Source: an uncultured delta proteobacterium
GTDB lineage: Bacteria; Desulfobacterota; Syntrophia; Syntrophales; Smithellaceae
NCBI GenBank assembly: GCA_963753975.1
Contig: CAVWEH010000005.1
Span: forward strand, 512,001-576,000
DNA length: 64,000 nt
Reading direction: 5' to 3'
Below are positions 29,595-37,644 of this stretch, piece after piece. Every line of letters starts with the position of its first letter. The first letter of the stretch is position 1. A program made the position numbers and the translations under genes. Under the pieces are notes generated by a model. That model made no database searches. It was not told where the DNA came from and was given only the letters and a program-made list of their open reading frames with translations.

Positions 29595-29875
29595 CTTACA
29601 TCTCCTGATCAAAGCGGTATTTTTTGCACAAATAACTTAAAAAAACTGTAAAATCAAGAAAATGAAACAAAAAACTTTTTCTGGAATATCAAACTAACGA
29701 CCTGTAAAATTACACTATACTTAAAATGATTATATCAACAAAGAATAATTTCAATAAAATACGTATTTTCTTGTTTTCACTGATTTTATTATTTACCGAT
29801 GTGTCGTCGCTCATGAGCTGTTCTTTTATACCGATAATTCTCGACCTGGCATCCGAGTAGACAATCCATTAATCT

Positions 29876-30199
29876 TTAAACGTTTTCTTTCAATCGAATT
29901 TCAGCCGCTTTTTCCGTATTTAAATAATACCGGCCTTGAAAAGTTTTACATACTATTCCGCTTAAAAGAAGCATCTCTAACGCTTTAGGGCGATAATCAC
30001 GATAGCCTACTTTGAAATAACTGATTTTATCGTAAGGTAAATCAACGGCGGCTACGGCATTTATCGCTCCTCTATCTTCCAACTCCTTCATAATTGTCAG
30101 ACATATTTGCTTTGTCCACCAGCCGGTGCCCAACATTGCCAGAAGATACACAACCAGCAGAGCGAAAATACCGATAATTATTTGCATTGATTCCGGCAT
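29876..30199 (-). CDS. Hypothetical membrane-anchored protein
   Basis: N-terminal TM helix; isolated ORF in an intergenic gap. Confidence 0.6.
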   Translation of the reverse strand: MPESMQIIIGIFALLVVYLLAMLGTGWWTKQICLTIMKELEDRGAINAVAAVDLPYDKISYFKVGYRDYRPKALEMLLLSGIVCKTFQGRYYLNTEKAAEIRLKENV

Positions 30200-30398
30200 G
30201 AATTATATATACCTAATAAGAATTTTGTTAATTCTTAAACAATTTATTTTAATTGAGCAAGGATTTAATTGACTTATTTCTATTTCTCATCAGCCTCTCC
30301 GAATCTTATGGATATAATCATGATATATTGCTTTTTTACTTATAATTGTTATTATAATGGCTATGAAATAGGAATTTCTGAAAAGAAAGGGGCGGAAT

Positions 30399-31097
30399 AT
30401 GAAAAAAAACAAAATGCTGAAGAAAAAGAAACCCTTAAAGAAAACTAAAAAAGTTAAAGCTTTAAAAAAGGCCAAGGTTCCCCAAAAAGTCAAAGCACCA
30501 AAAAAAGCGGCTGTAAAAAAAGCAAAGGCGCTCCTAAAGGCGCCTGTGAAAAAAGTCAAGGCACCGAAAAAAACAAGGTTCGTTAAAAAGGCCGCGGCTC
30601 CGCAAAGGCCTGTTGCGAAAAAAGCTCCTGTTCCGGCAACCCCGGCCATACAAGATTTGCAAAAGCAAAAGGTTAAATTTACATTGCATCCATATCAATA
30701 CGAAGAACCAGGCGGCACAAAACAATCGGCAAGCAAATTGGGTGTTGACGAGCATATCATCATTAAAACGTTGATTATGGAAGATGAAAATGGAAAACCG
30801 CTGATTATTTTGATGCACGGCGATAAAGAAGTTGCCACAGATGCACTGGCGACTATTATCGGCGCACAAGCGGTTTCTCCGTGTAAACCGGAAATCGCTA
30901 AAGGACATACGGGGTATCAAGTAGGGGGGACTTCGCCTTTCGGAATAAAGAAAGTAATTCCTGTTTTCATGGAAAGAACTATAGCCGATTTGTCCAATAT
31001 TTATATTAACGCGGGACAGCGCGGTCTTTTGGCACAAATGTCTCCCTTTGATCTTATTAACATGCTTAAGCCGTTTATGGTCAGTGTCGCCAGATGA
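30399..31097 (+). CDS. ybaK: YbaK/EbsC aminoacyl-tRNA deacylase with a histone H1-like K/A/P-rich N-terminal extension
   Basis: IIKTLI, TGYQVGGTSPFG and INAGQRG; the first ~78 aa are K/A/P/V rich. Confidence 0.85.
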   Translation: MKKNKMLKKKKPLKKTKKVKALKKAKVPQKVKAPKKAAVKKAKALLKAPVKKVKAPKKTRFVKKAAAPQRPVAKKAPVPATPAIQDLQKQKVKFTLHPYQYEEPGGTKQSASKLGVDEHIIIKTLIMEDENGKPLIILMHGDKEVATDALATIIGAQAVSPCKPEIAKGHTGYQVGGTSPFGIKKVIPVFMERTIADLSNIYINAGQRGLLAQMSPFDLINMLKPFMVSVAR

Positions 31098-31149
31098 TTC
31101 ATGTCTTGCCGATAAAAATACTATGATGGTAATTTAAGGTAACGCCAGT

Positions 31150-31707
31150 ATGCCGGAAAGCGTAATAATCCGCTGTCTAAATTGCGGAACGAAAAATCGC
31201 ATACCCAAAAAAAAATTCCAGGGTAGGTCTGTCTGCGGCAAATGCGCCGCGCCATTGGATGATTTGATTATCCGCTGTCTCAAATGCGGCACCAAAAATA
31301 GAATGCCCGAAGATCGCCTCAATCAAAAGCCTCTTTGCGGCAAATGCGGAGAACCGCTGGTGAGCACCCAACAAAAAACCAAACCTTTAGAGGTAACGGA
31401 TAACACATTTGCCCGTGAAGTTTTGGCTTCCGACACGTCGGTTCTTGTCGATTGCTGGGCGCCCTGGTGCGGCCCCTGCAAGCAATTATCGCCGATAATC
31501 GATGAGCTCGCCTCCGATTATGCCAACGGCATAAAAGTAACCAAACTGAATGTCGATGAAAATCCGCTCACCGCTTCGCAATATGGAATCCATAGTATTC
31601 CGACGATGCTTTTTTTTAAAGAAGGCAAGCTGGTGCAACGTCTGACCGGAGCGCTCCCGAAAGAAGAAATCGAAAAAAATTTATTATCTATAATCAAAAC
31701 CAACTGA
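31150..31707 (+). CDS. Thioredoxin (TrxC-like) with two N-terminal zinc ribbons
   Basis: WCGPC; CxxCGTKNR..CGKC occurs twice. Confidence 0.9.
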   Translation: MPESVIIRCLNCGTKNRIPKKKFQGRSVCGKCAAPLDDLIIRCLKCGTKNRMPEDRLNQKPLCGKCGEPLVSTQQKTKPLEVTDNTFAREVLASDTSVLVDCWAPWCGPCKQLSPIIDELASDYANGIKVTKLNVDENPLTASQYGIHSIPTMLFFKEGKLVQRLTGALPKEEIEKNLLSIIKTN

Positions 31708-31724
31708 ATCCAGGCCAAACATTC

Positions 31725-32264
31725 ATGAAAAAAACCAAGGCGAATTTGAAGTACCAGTGTAAGATTTTCGACGTTTGGGAAGAAGAAGTCCTCTTGCCTA
31801 ATGGAAAATCAATCAAACAAAACTGGATTGACCATAAGCCTACTGTTGCTATTGTTGCCTTCAACGGCAAAAATGAAATACTCTTAATCAAACAATACCG
31901 CCTTGCCTTAAAAAAGCATCTTTTGGAAATTCCGGCCGGTTCGCTCCATAAGCTGGAAGAATCACCTATCGCCTGTGCTCAAAGGAAACTGGCCGAAGAA
32001 ACGGGCTTTAAAGCCGCGAGCCTTATTAAGCTCTACGAAGGGTACCTGCTTCCGGGATACTGCAACGAATATATGCATTTTTTTCTTGCCCAGGATCTTT
32101 TTTACGAACCTCTTCCTCCCGACGAAGACGAATTTATCGAAATCGTTCCTACCAAATTTTCTCATGTTCAAGAATTGCTTAAAAATGGTGAAATAATTGA
32201 CGCTAAAACGGCTTTAGGGATTATCTTAGCCGGTAACTTTCTTCAACAAGAACAAGTTGCTTGA
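31725..32264 (+). CDS. NUDIX hydrolase (ADP-ribose pyrophosphatase-like)
   Basis: QYR, LEIPAG...RKLAEETG, PG, DEDEFIE and DAKT. Confidence 0.85.
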   Translation: MKKTKANLKYQCKIFDVWEEEVLLPNGKSIKQNWIDHKPTVAIVAFNGKNEILLIKQYRLALKKHLLEIPAGSLHKLEESPIACAQRKLAEETGFKAASLIKLYEGYLLPGYCNEYMHFFLAQDLFYEPLPPDEDEFIEIVPTKFSHVQELLKNGEIIDAKTALGIILAGNFLQQEQVA

Positions 32265-32324
32265 AAAGTAAAGCAGTCCTTTAAAATGTCTTTTTGACGG
32301 CGCTCTTTTATCCTTTAAAGCTCC

Positions 32325-32353
32325 TTGCCAGAGGTGCAAAGTTTTGTTAGACT
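32325..32353 (+). promoter_or_regulatory. sigma70-type promoter candidate
   Basis: TTGCCA-17 bp-TAGACT upstream of paaK. Confidence 0.5.
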
Positions 32354-32385
32354 TTCTTACAAGCGAATAAAAGGGAGGCACCATC

Positions 32386-33684
32386 ATGATCTATAACGAA
32401 GAGTTTGAAACCCTGCCCCGCGAAGCGCTAAAAGCTCTGCAATTAAAAAGGCTCCAGCAGGCTTTACAGCGAGTTTATCACACCGTGGGATTCTATAAAA
32501 AATCCCTGGATGCCACCAAAATCAAACCTGACGATATCAAATCCATTGCCGACATGAAAAAGCTTCCCTTTATCACCAGACAGGATTTGCGTGATAATTA
32601 CCCCTTCGGCTTATTTTCGGTGCCGATGAGCAGCATTGTCCGGCTGCACGCTTCTTCCGGCACCAGCGGCAAATCCACTGTCTTCGGCTATACCAAACGC
32701 GACATCGAAACGTGGTCTGATCTCGTTGCGCGCTCACTTGTCGCCGCGGGATTAACGAAAAATGACATCATCCATAACGCCTTCGGATATGGATTATTTA
32801 CCGGTGGTTTGGGGTTGCATTACGGCGCGGAAAAGATCGGCGCGAGTGTTATTCCCATGTCCGGAGGAAACGCAAAAAGGCAAATCATGATTTTGCAGGA
32901 TTTCGGGCCGACTGTTATTTGCTGTACGCCTTCCTACGCATTGCATCTGGCCGAAGAGGGCAAAACCCTGGGCGTCGATATGAAATCGCTAAAATTGCGT
33001 GTGGGTATATTCGGAGCTGAACCGTGGAACAAAGCGATATGCGACGAAATTGAAAAGACTTTCGGGATAACAGCGCTGGATCTTTTTGGTCTATCGGAAG
33101 TTATCGGCCCGGGCATGGCGATGGAATGTCTGGAAGGCCGTAATGGAATGCATATTTTTGAAGACCATTTTATTGTCGAAACGATCAATCCCCAGACCGG
33201 CGAAGTTCTGCCTGAGGGATCTGAGGGAGAACTTGTTTTTACAACTCTGACGAAAGAAGCAAATCCGCTCATCCGCTACCGCTCCGGCGATGTATCACGC
33301 CTGATAACGGAGCCGTGCCGCTGCGGCCGCAGTCACATCAAAATGGAAAGAGTCCTAAAAAGAAGCGATGACATGCTGAATATCCGCGGTGTCAATATTT
33401 TCCCAACACAGGTCGAAGCTATTTTAGTCGATATCGAGGGATTGAAACCCAGTTACCAAATCATTGTTGATAAAGTCGGAGCGTTGGACTCTCTGGAGCT
33501 GCATGTTGAGGCCAGCGACAAGATATTCAGCAATTCCGGAAGTGTCAAAGAATTGCAGAAGATTGAACAAAGAATTGTCAAAGACATGAAGGATTATCTG
33601 GGCATTGCTCCGCGCGTAAAGCTCGTCGAGCCCAATACTCTGCAAAAGACAAGTCCGAAGGTTATTGATAAACGCCGCTTTTGA
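32386..33684 (+). CDS. paaK: Phenylacetate-CoA ligase family protein
   Basis: [33 protein letters not shown] and RGVNIFP. Confidence 0.88.
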   Translation: MIYNEEFETLPREALKALQLKRLQQALQRVYHTVGFYKKSLDATKIKPDDIKSIADMKKLPFITRQDLRDNYPFGLFSVPMSSIVRLHASSGTSGKSTVFGYTKRDIETWSDLVARSLVAAGLTKNDIIHNAFGYGLFTGGLGLHYGAEKIGASVIPMSGGNAKRQIMILQDFGPTVICCTPSYALHLAEEGKTLGVDMKSLKLRVGIFGAEPWNKAICDEIEKTFGITALDLFGLSEVIGPGMAMECLEGRNGMHIFEDHFIVETINPQTGEVLPEGSEGELVFTTLTKEANPLIRYRSGDVSRLITEPCRCGRSHIKMERVLKRSDDMLNIRGVNIFPTQVEAILVDIEGLKPSYQIIVDKVGALDSLELHVEASDKIFSNSGSVKELQKIEQRIVKDMKDYLGIAPRVKLVEPNTLQKTSPKVIDKRRF

Positions 33685-33847
33685 TAGTGAAACTCGCTGA
33701 CTATAGGAAGCCTTAGTTGTAATGAGATCCAAGCTTCAGAAACAAAGTGAATAACCTAACGGTCATCTACGGCTGAAGTTTGTTGATCGAATTATCCAAT
33801 AGCCAGGGGTTATTGGAAACTATCCCACTTACGAAGCAAAGTGGGAT
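33685..33847. repeat. Modular non-coding repeat, family R1, copy C (inverted relative to A and B)
   Basis: taatgagatccaagcttcagaaacaaagtg is the reverse complement of the block at 7934-7965 and 63063-63094; it also shares the atcccactt..cgaagc..aagtggga hairpin and the tgaaactc end. Confidence 0.85.
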
Positions 33848-33877
33848 CATGATTATTGAAGGACGAAGGGGGGTTAT

Positions 33878-34309
33878 ATGAAAGTAGAACAAATATCTGT
33901 TTTTCTGGAAAATAAACCCGGTACGCTGGAAAAAGCGACGCGCGTGCTTAAAGACGCCGACATCAATATCCGCACCCTGTCTCTGGCCGAAACGGCGGAT
34001 TTCGGTATCTTGCGCTTGATTGTCAATAACGTGGAAAAAGCCAATAAGGTTCTTAAGGATAGCGGATTTCAGGTCAGCAAAACCCCTGTTGTCGCCGTGG
34101 AAGTTCCCGACAAACCGGGCGGCCTGCACAGTATTATGGAAGTTGTCTCCAAGGAAGGTATCAACGTCGAATACCTTTACGCCTTTGTCGAAAAAAGCGG
34201 GCAGAACGCCGTTATTATCTTCCGCTTTGACAATCCGGAAAAGGCGATTGAAGTACTGACAAAAAATTCGTTCAACGTCATTCCCGGGGCTAAATTATAT
34301 CAGTTCTAG
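33878..34309 (+). CDS. ACT domain protein (PaaK-associated)
   Basis: QISVFLENKPG, DFGILRLIV, DKPGGL and INVEYLYAF. Confidence 0.9.
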   Translation: MKVEQISVFLENKPGTLEKATRVLKDADINIRTLSLAETADFGILRLIVNNVEKANKVLKDSGFQVSKTPVVAVEVPDKPGGLHSIMEVVSKEGINVEYLYAFVEKSGQNAVIIFRFDNPEKAIEVLTKNSFNVIPGAKLYQF

Positions 34310-34340
34310 TCACGCGATTATTGAAAAGCAATAAGACACT

Positions 34341-35114
34341 ATGGCTGAATCCTTAAAACAATCCATCAAGAAATTTTTGCGCCCGCAGGTTGACGCAGTC
34401 GGCTTTGCGGATGTCAAGCGCTTTGCCGATGCTCCCGAAGCTCATCACCCCGCACGCGTTTGCTCCGATGCCAAAACCGTGATCGTTATCGGCATAACCG
34501 TCCCGCAGGGAATGTTGCGCTCGCCCAATTATAATCTCTATGCCGTGCACAGAACCTATCACAGCGCTTACACGCGCCTCGATCACATATCACTCGCACT
34601 CAGCAGCTTCATAGAGGCCAAAAGCGGCCACCTGGCGCTTCCGATTCCCAGCTACGCTCCTGTTGTTGTTCATCAATTCGAGCCGTGGGGTATTATGTCG
34701 TTAAAGCATGCGGCCGTAAAAGCTGGTTTAGGACGATTCGGCCGCTCCGGACAAGTTTATCATCCCAAGTACGGCTCGCTATTGAGGCTTGCCGCTGTTG
34801 TCACGAGCGCCTCAATCTCTGCCGATGCGCTGGCGGCTGAAGATATACCCTGTCCGCCTAATTGCTCTGCGTGCATGAAAGTCTGCCCTTCCAAAGCTTT
34901 TGATGAAACCGGCAGATTCAACAAAATGACCTGCCTTGCCCACTCCGTAAAACACGCCATCTATCCCCTCGCGCTGAACACCGAAGCTGGCCTCAAAAAA
35001 ATCGAACGCGTCATCAACACCGCCGGACACAATTACTGGATTGATTGCGATGAATGCGTGAAGGTATGTCCGCTGAATAAGAAGAAGGAGAATATTAGGA
35101 AGTATTCGCATTAA
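34341..35114 (+). CDS. Epoxyqueuosine reductase-like 4Fe-4S protein
   Basis: SLKHAAVKAGLG, HPKYG, CxxxCxxCxxxCP and CxxCxxxCP. Confidence 0.75.
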   Translation: MAESLKQSIKKFLRPQVDAVGFADVKRFADAPEAHHPARVCSDAKTVIVIGITVPQGMLRSPNYNLYAVHRTYHSAYTRLDHISLALSSFIEAKSGHLALPIPSYAPVVVHQFEPWGIMSLKHAAVKAGLGRFGRSGQVYHPKYGSLLRLAAVVTSASISADALAAEDIPCPPNCSACMKVCPSKAFDETGRFNKMTCLAHSVKHAIYPLALNTEAGLKKIERVINTAGHNYWIDCDECVKVCPLNKKKENIRKYSH

Positions 35115-35177
35115 AAAAGTGAGTTCCAGCGTGAGGGTTTATGCCGTAAATTTGCGGTGTTTGCTATATTAACATAG

Positions 35178-35199
35178 ATATGTATAAACAATGTTCGGC
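35178..35199 (+). other. attI-like / cassette entry recombination site
   Basis: gatatgtataaacaatG|TTCGGC. GTTCGGC is the exact complement of R'' (GCCGAAC) at the end of the first cassette. Confidence 0.65.
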
Positions 35200-35211
35200 A
35201 GGAGTTACGAG

Positions 35212-35658
35212 ATGACAAAACCAAAACAGATTCTACGATGGCTCGCAGTGATACCCGGCGCGGTGCTTGGCGTAGTCATCGTAATGTTTCCGGTGCACTG
35301 GCTTGCCATGTACATTCACCACTTTGGAGCTGGCGAACCAATAATCACCGACGAGCAAGGCAGGGGACTACTCCAGTCTATGCCACTTGAGTCCCTTGAA
35401 AGATTCGGCGACGCGTTGTTCGTAGCTGGCATACTCGTAGGTGTCGGCGCCTTCATAGCTCCACGGTTCCATTTCGCTACAGCCATAGTGCTCACAGTGC
35501 TGCTTATCGGCTCAATGTCGTGGGTATTCGTGCACGCCATTTCCATGGGCATGCAGATCGAGGACTCCCCTGTCCGTATGCTCATCACTGTCATGCTCTG
35601 GTTGGTGAGCACTTTTTTATGCACGCGGGCTCGACAAAGTAGCCGAACAATAGCCTGA
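35212..35658 (+). CDS. Integron cassette 1: hypothetical membrane protein
   Basis: Four hydrophobic segments; GGAG RBS just inside the cassette boundary; 3' end runs into attC. Confidence 0.7.
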   Translation: MTKPKQILRWLAVIPGAVLGVVIVMFPVHWLAMYIHHFGAGEPIITDEQGRGLLQSMPLESLERFGDALFVAGILVGVGAFIAPRFHFATAIVLTVLLIGSMSWVFVHAISMGMQIEDSPVRMLITVMLWLVSTFLCTRARQSSRTIA

Positions 35659-35700
35659 ACGCGATGGTCTAAAGTCTGCGCGTTAGGCTCATCGTTAGAC
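35642..35700 (+). mobile_element. attC site (59 bp)
   Basis: R'' GCCGAAC; L'' agcct(G)aacgcg pairs with L' cgcgttaggct with one extrahelical G; R' GTTAGAC. Confidence 0.9.
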
Positions 35701-35711
35701 CTGAAGAGGAA

Positions 35712-36236
35712 TTGATGAACGAAGCCAGTCTCTCAATGATGAGAAATCACGAAATCTTCAGCCTTTTTGCTGAAATCATCGAGGAACTCAGCCGCAGAGG
35801 GGTGACGCGAAGCAAGAACAATCCTGTTGGCGACTATGCCGAGCATCTTGTGTGTAAAGCCTTCGCGCTGACTCCGGCAGAGAAATCAACAAAGGGGTAC
35901 GACGCTACAGATAGCGCTGGAAAGAAATATGAAATCAAAGCCAGACGCAAGGGCACCCGAAGCAATCCCACCCGCTTCAGCGCGATTCGCGATCTTCAGC
36001 ACCGGCAGTTTGATTTTCTCGTAGCCGTTCTATTCTCTCAGGAATTCACCGTCATGCGCGCGGCACTCATCCCCTACGATCTCATTCTAAAGCTCACTTT
36101 TCGTCAAGAACATGTGAACGGCTGGATTCTGCCCGTTCGCGACAGCGTCTGGGCAGCTAATGGCGTGGTGGACGTCACCGCAAAACTAAAAAAAATACAA
36201 AAAAAAGATGAGCGTCCAACGATTACATCAAACTGA
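35712..36236 (+). CDS. Integron cassette 2: PD-(D/E)XK nuclease-like protein
   Basis: GDYAE...KGYDA...YEIKAR pattern; lies between two attC sites. Confidence 0.65.
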   Translation: MMNEASLSMMRNHEIFSLFAEIIEELSRRGVTRSKNNPVGDYAEHLVCKAFALTPAEKSTKGYDATDSAGKKYEIKARRKGTRSNPTRFSAIRDLQHRQFDFLVAVLFSQEFTVMRAALIPYDLILKLTFRQEHVNGWILPVRDSVWAANGVVDVTAKLKKIQKKDERPTITSN

Positions 36237-36302
36237 TGTGGAATAGCCGCGTCAGGTTAATGCACTGGTGATTTCCCGCGCAGATTATACGAATCGTTGG
36301 AC
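36214..36302 (+). mobile_element. attC site (89 bp)
   Basis: GTCCAACgatt...aatcGTTGGAC perfect 11-bp terminal stem with an imperfect inner stem. Confidence 0.85.
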
Positions 36303-36318
36303 CAAAGGAATTTAACGA

Positions 36319-36927
36319 ATGTCAATATCTTTGGATGAATTTGTAAGTGGGTACGGGGAATTCCAACGACGTGAACGACGAGACGCAATGTACAAAACTG
36401 CCATTTTTCTCGTAAATCACTTTTGGGGCAAGCCAGCAGACATGGCTGATGGTATGGGAGTCCTTCTCCTTACATGGAACCAAGCCTTCTATCGGTATGG
36501 CCCCTTTGATTTCGATAAACTTGAACAAGCTATTGAGTCCAACTTTACTGTAATTGATGGTTTTCATAACAGAAACATTTTGACACTCAGCGCTTCTGAC
36601 GAACTCGCTATCAAGGATTTGTTTGATGAGTTTCTTGACGCCTTGCAGATTGCTGACGGTAAGATGAGGGGCAAAAAAAGTCCTGTTGCTGTGGCAAAGG
36701 CATTGCACCTTCTAGGCCCGGCTTTCTTCACGTTGTGGGACGATAAGATAGCACGGGCATACGATTCTTATTACAAAACCCACCCTGCTGATAGCTACCT
36801 CTCCTTCTCCTACAAGATACAGAACCTAGCCCAACAGATTGGATCACAGGCTTCGATTGGTGGGAAGACTCTCTTGAAGCTCATAGATGAATACAATTAT
36901 GCCAAACACACAAAAGGCTGGATATGA
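36319..36927 (+). CDS. Integron cassette 3: hypothetical protein
   Basis: AAGGA RBS after GTTGGAC; AKALHLLGPAFFTLWD motif; stop just before a degenerate attC. Confidence 0.75.
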   Translation: MSISLDEFVSGYGEFQRRERRDAMYKTAIFLVNHFWGKPADMADGMGVLLLTWNQAFYRYGPFDFDKLEQAIESNFTVIDGFHNRNILTLSASDELAIKDLFDEFLDALQIADGKMRGKKSPVAVAKALHLLGPAFFTLWDDKIARAYDSYYKTHPADSYLSFSYKIQNLAQQIGSQASIGGKTLLKLIDEYNYAKHTKGWI

Positions 36928-36930
36928 ATC

Positions 36931-36985
36931 GTCCACCGAGGCGTTCTATCGGATCGCTTACGCTTTGGTGAATTCGCCGATAGGA
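36931..36985 (+). mobile_element. Degenerate attC site
   Basis: GTCCACC (one change from GTCCAAC) ... gttctatcgg/ttggtgaat ... G|ATAGGA. Confidence 0.6.
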
Positions 36986-36992
36986 ATACTTC

Positions 36993-37328
36993 TTACTTGT
37001 GCTTCCCTCTCGGTTTCCCACACTCTTTACATTTTCCATCCGGACCAATAATGCCGATACAGGCCTCGTCGCTGCACAACACTCGCTTTTCCCAATCTTC
37101 GTCGGATTCTGTTTCTATTGAAGGAAATGGCTCTTGCTTCTTTATCTTCGCCTTTTTGGCGCTCCTCGTGCTGACTCCCGACGGAAGTTTGCCTTCATAC
37201 GGTTTCCCGCATTCCTTGCATTTGCCGTCAGTGCCAATGGTGCCAATACAGCTTTCATCTCTGCATAGGATTCTTTTTTCCCAATCTTCATTTTCATCAA
37301 AAATTAGTTCCGTCATGTCCGTCTCCAA
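36993..37328 (-). CDS. Small Cys-rich protein with a duplicated 4-Cys motif
   Basis: EDWEKR.LC.DE.CIG.IG.DGKCKECGKP occurs twice. Confidence 0.8.
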   Translation of the reverse strand: METDMTELIFDENEDWEKRILCRDESCIGTIGTDGKCKECGKPYEGKLPSGVSTRSAKKAKIKKQEPFPSIETESDEDWEKRVLCSDEACIGIIGPDGKCKECGKPRGKHK

Positions 37329-37437
37329 AGATTATTAATGACGCTACTTATAACAGCGTCACAATTTTTTCCAGATAGAAAACACTATAAGATTTCTCGC
37401 TGCGCTCGAAATGACAGAGAGGAGGGTTCTTAAATGT

Positions 37438-37644
37438 TATTGCCAAGACGCATGGAAGCTAACGCCTATTTGCGTCGCTTCCCGGTAAGGTAAAGTCTAC
37501 TTTTATTGCGTGTCCTTCGGTTACGCACCCGGTCAAAAGGATACCGAGGCGGCAAGGAGGAGGCTCCGCAGGCGTATTACTAATACGTTGAGGAAGCCGA
37601 CAACGCTGCCAACAAAGGTAGCCAAATGAAGGCGGTCTTGGCAG
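37438..37644. repeat. MITE-like element, family R2, copy 1
   Basis: Terminal inverted repeat tgccaagac...gtcttggca with internal hairpins; 37541-37621 matches the reverse complement of 39104-39185. Confidence 0.8.

Noticed and set aside
33767..34129. Minus-strand ORF extending into repeat copy C
   Set aside because: Antisense to the ACT-domain gene and not conserved in other R1 copies
35115..35192. Integron integrase upstream of the cassette array
   Set aside because: Only ~80 bp separate the array from the Fe-S gene, and no tyrosine recombinase ORF was seen in the window
37390..37416. agatttctcgctgcgctcgaaatgac REP-like half element
   Set aside because: It resembles a widespread intergenic repeat, but I saw only one copy and no partner in the window
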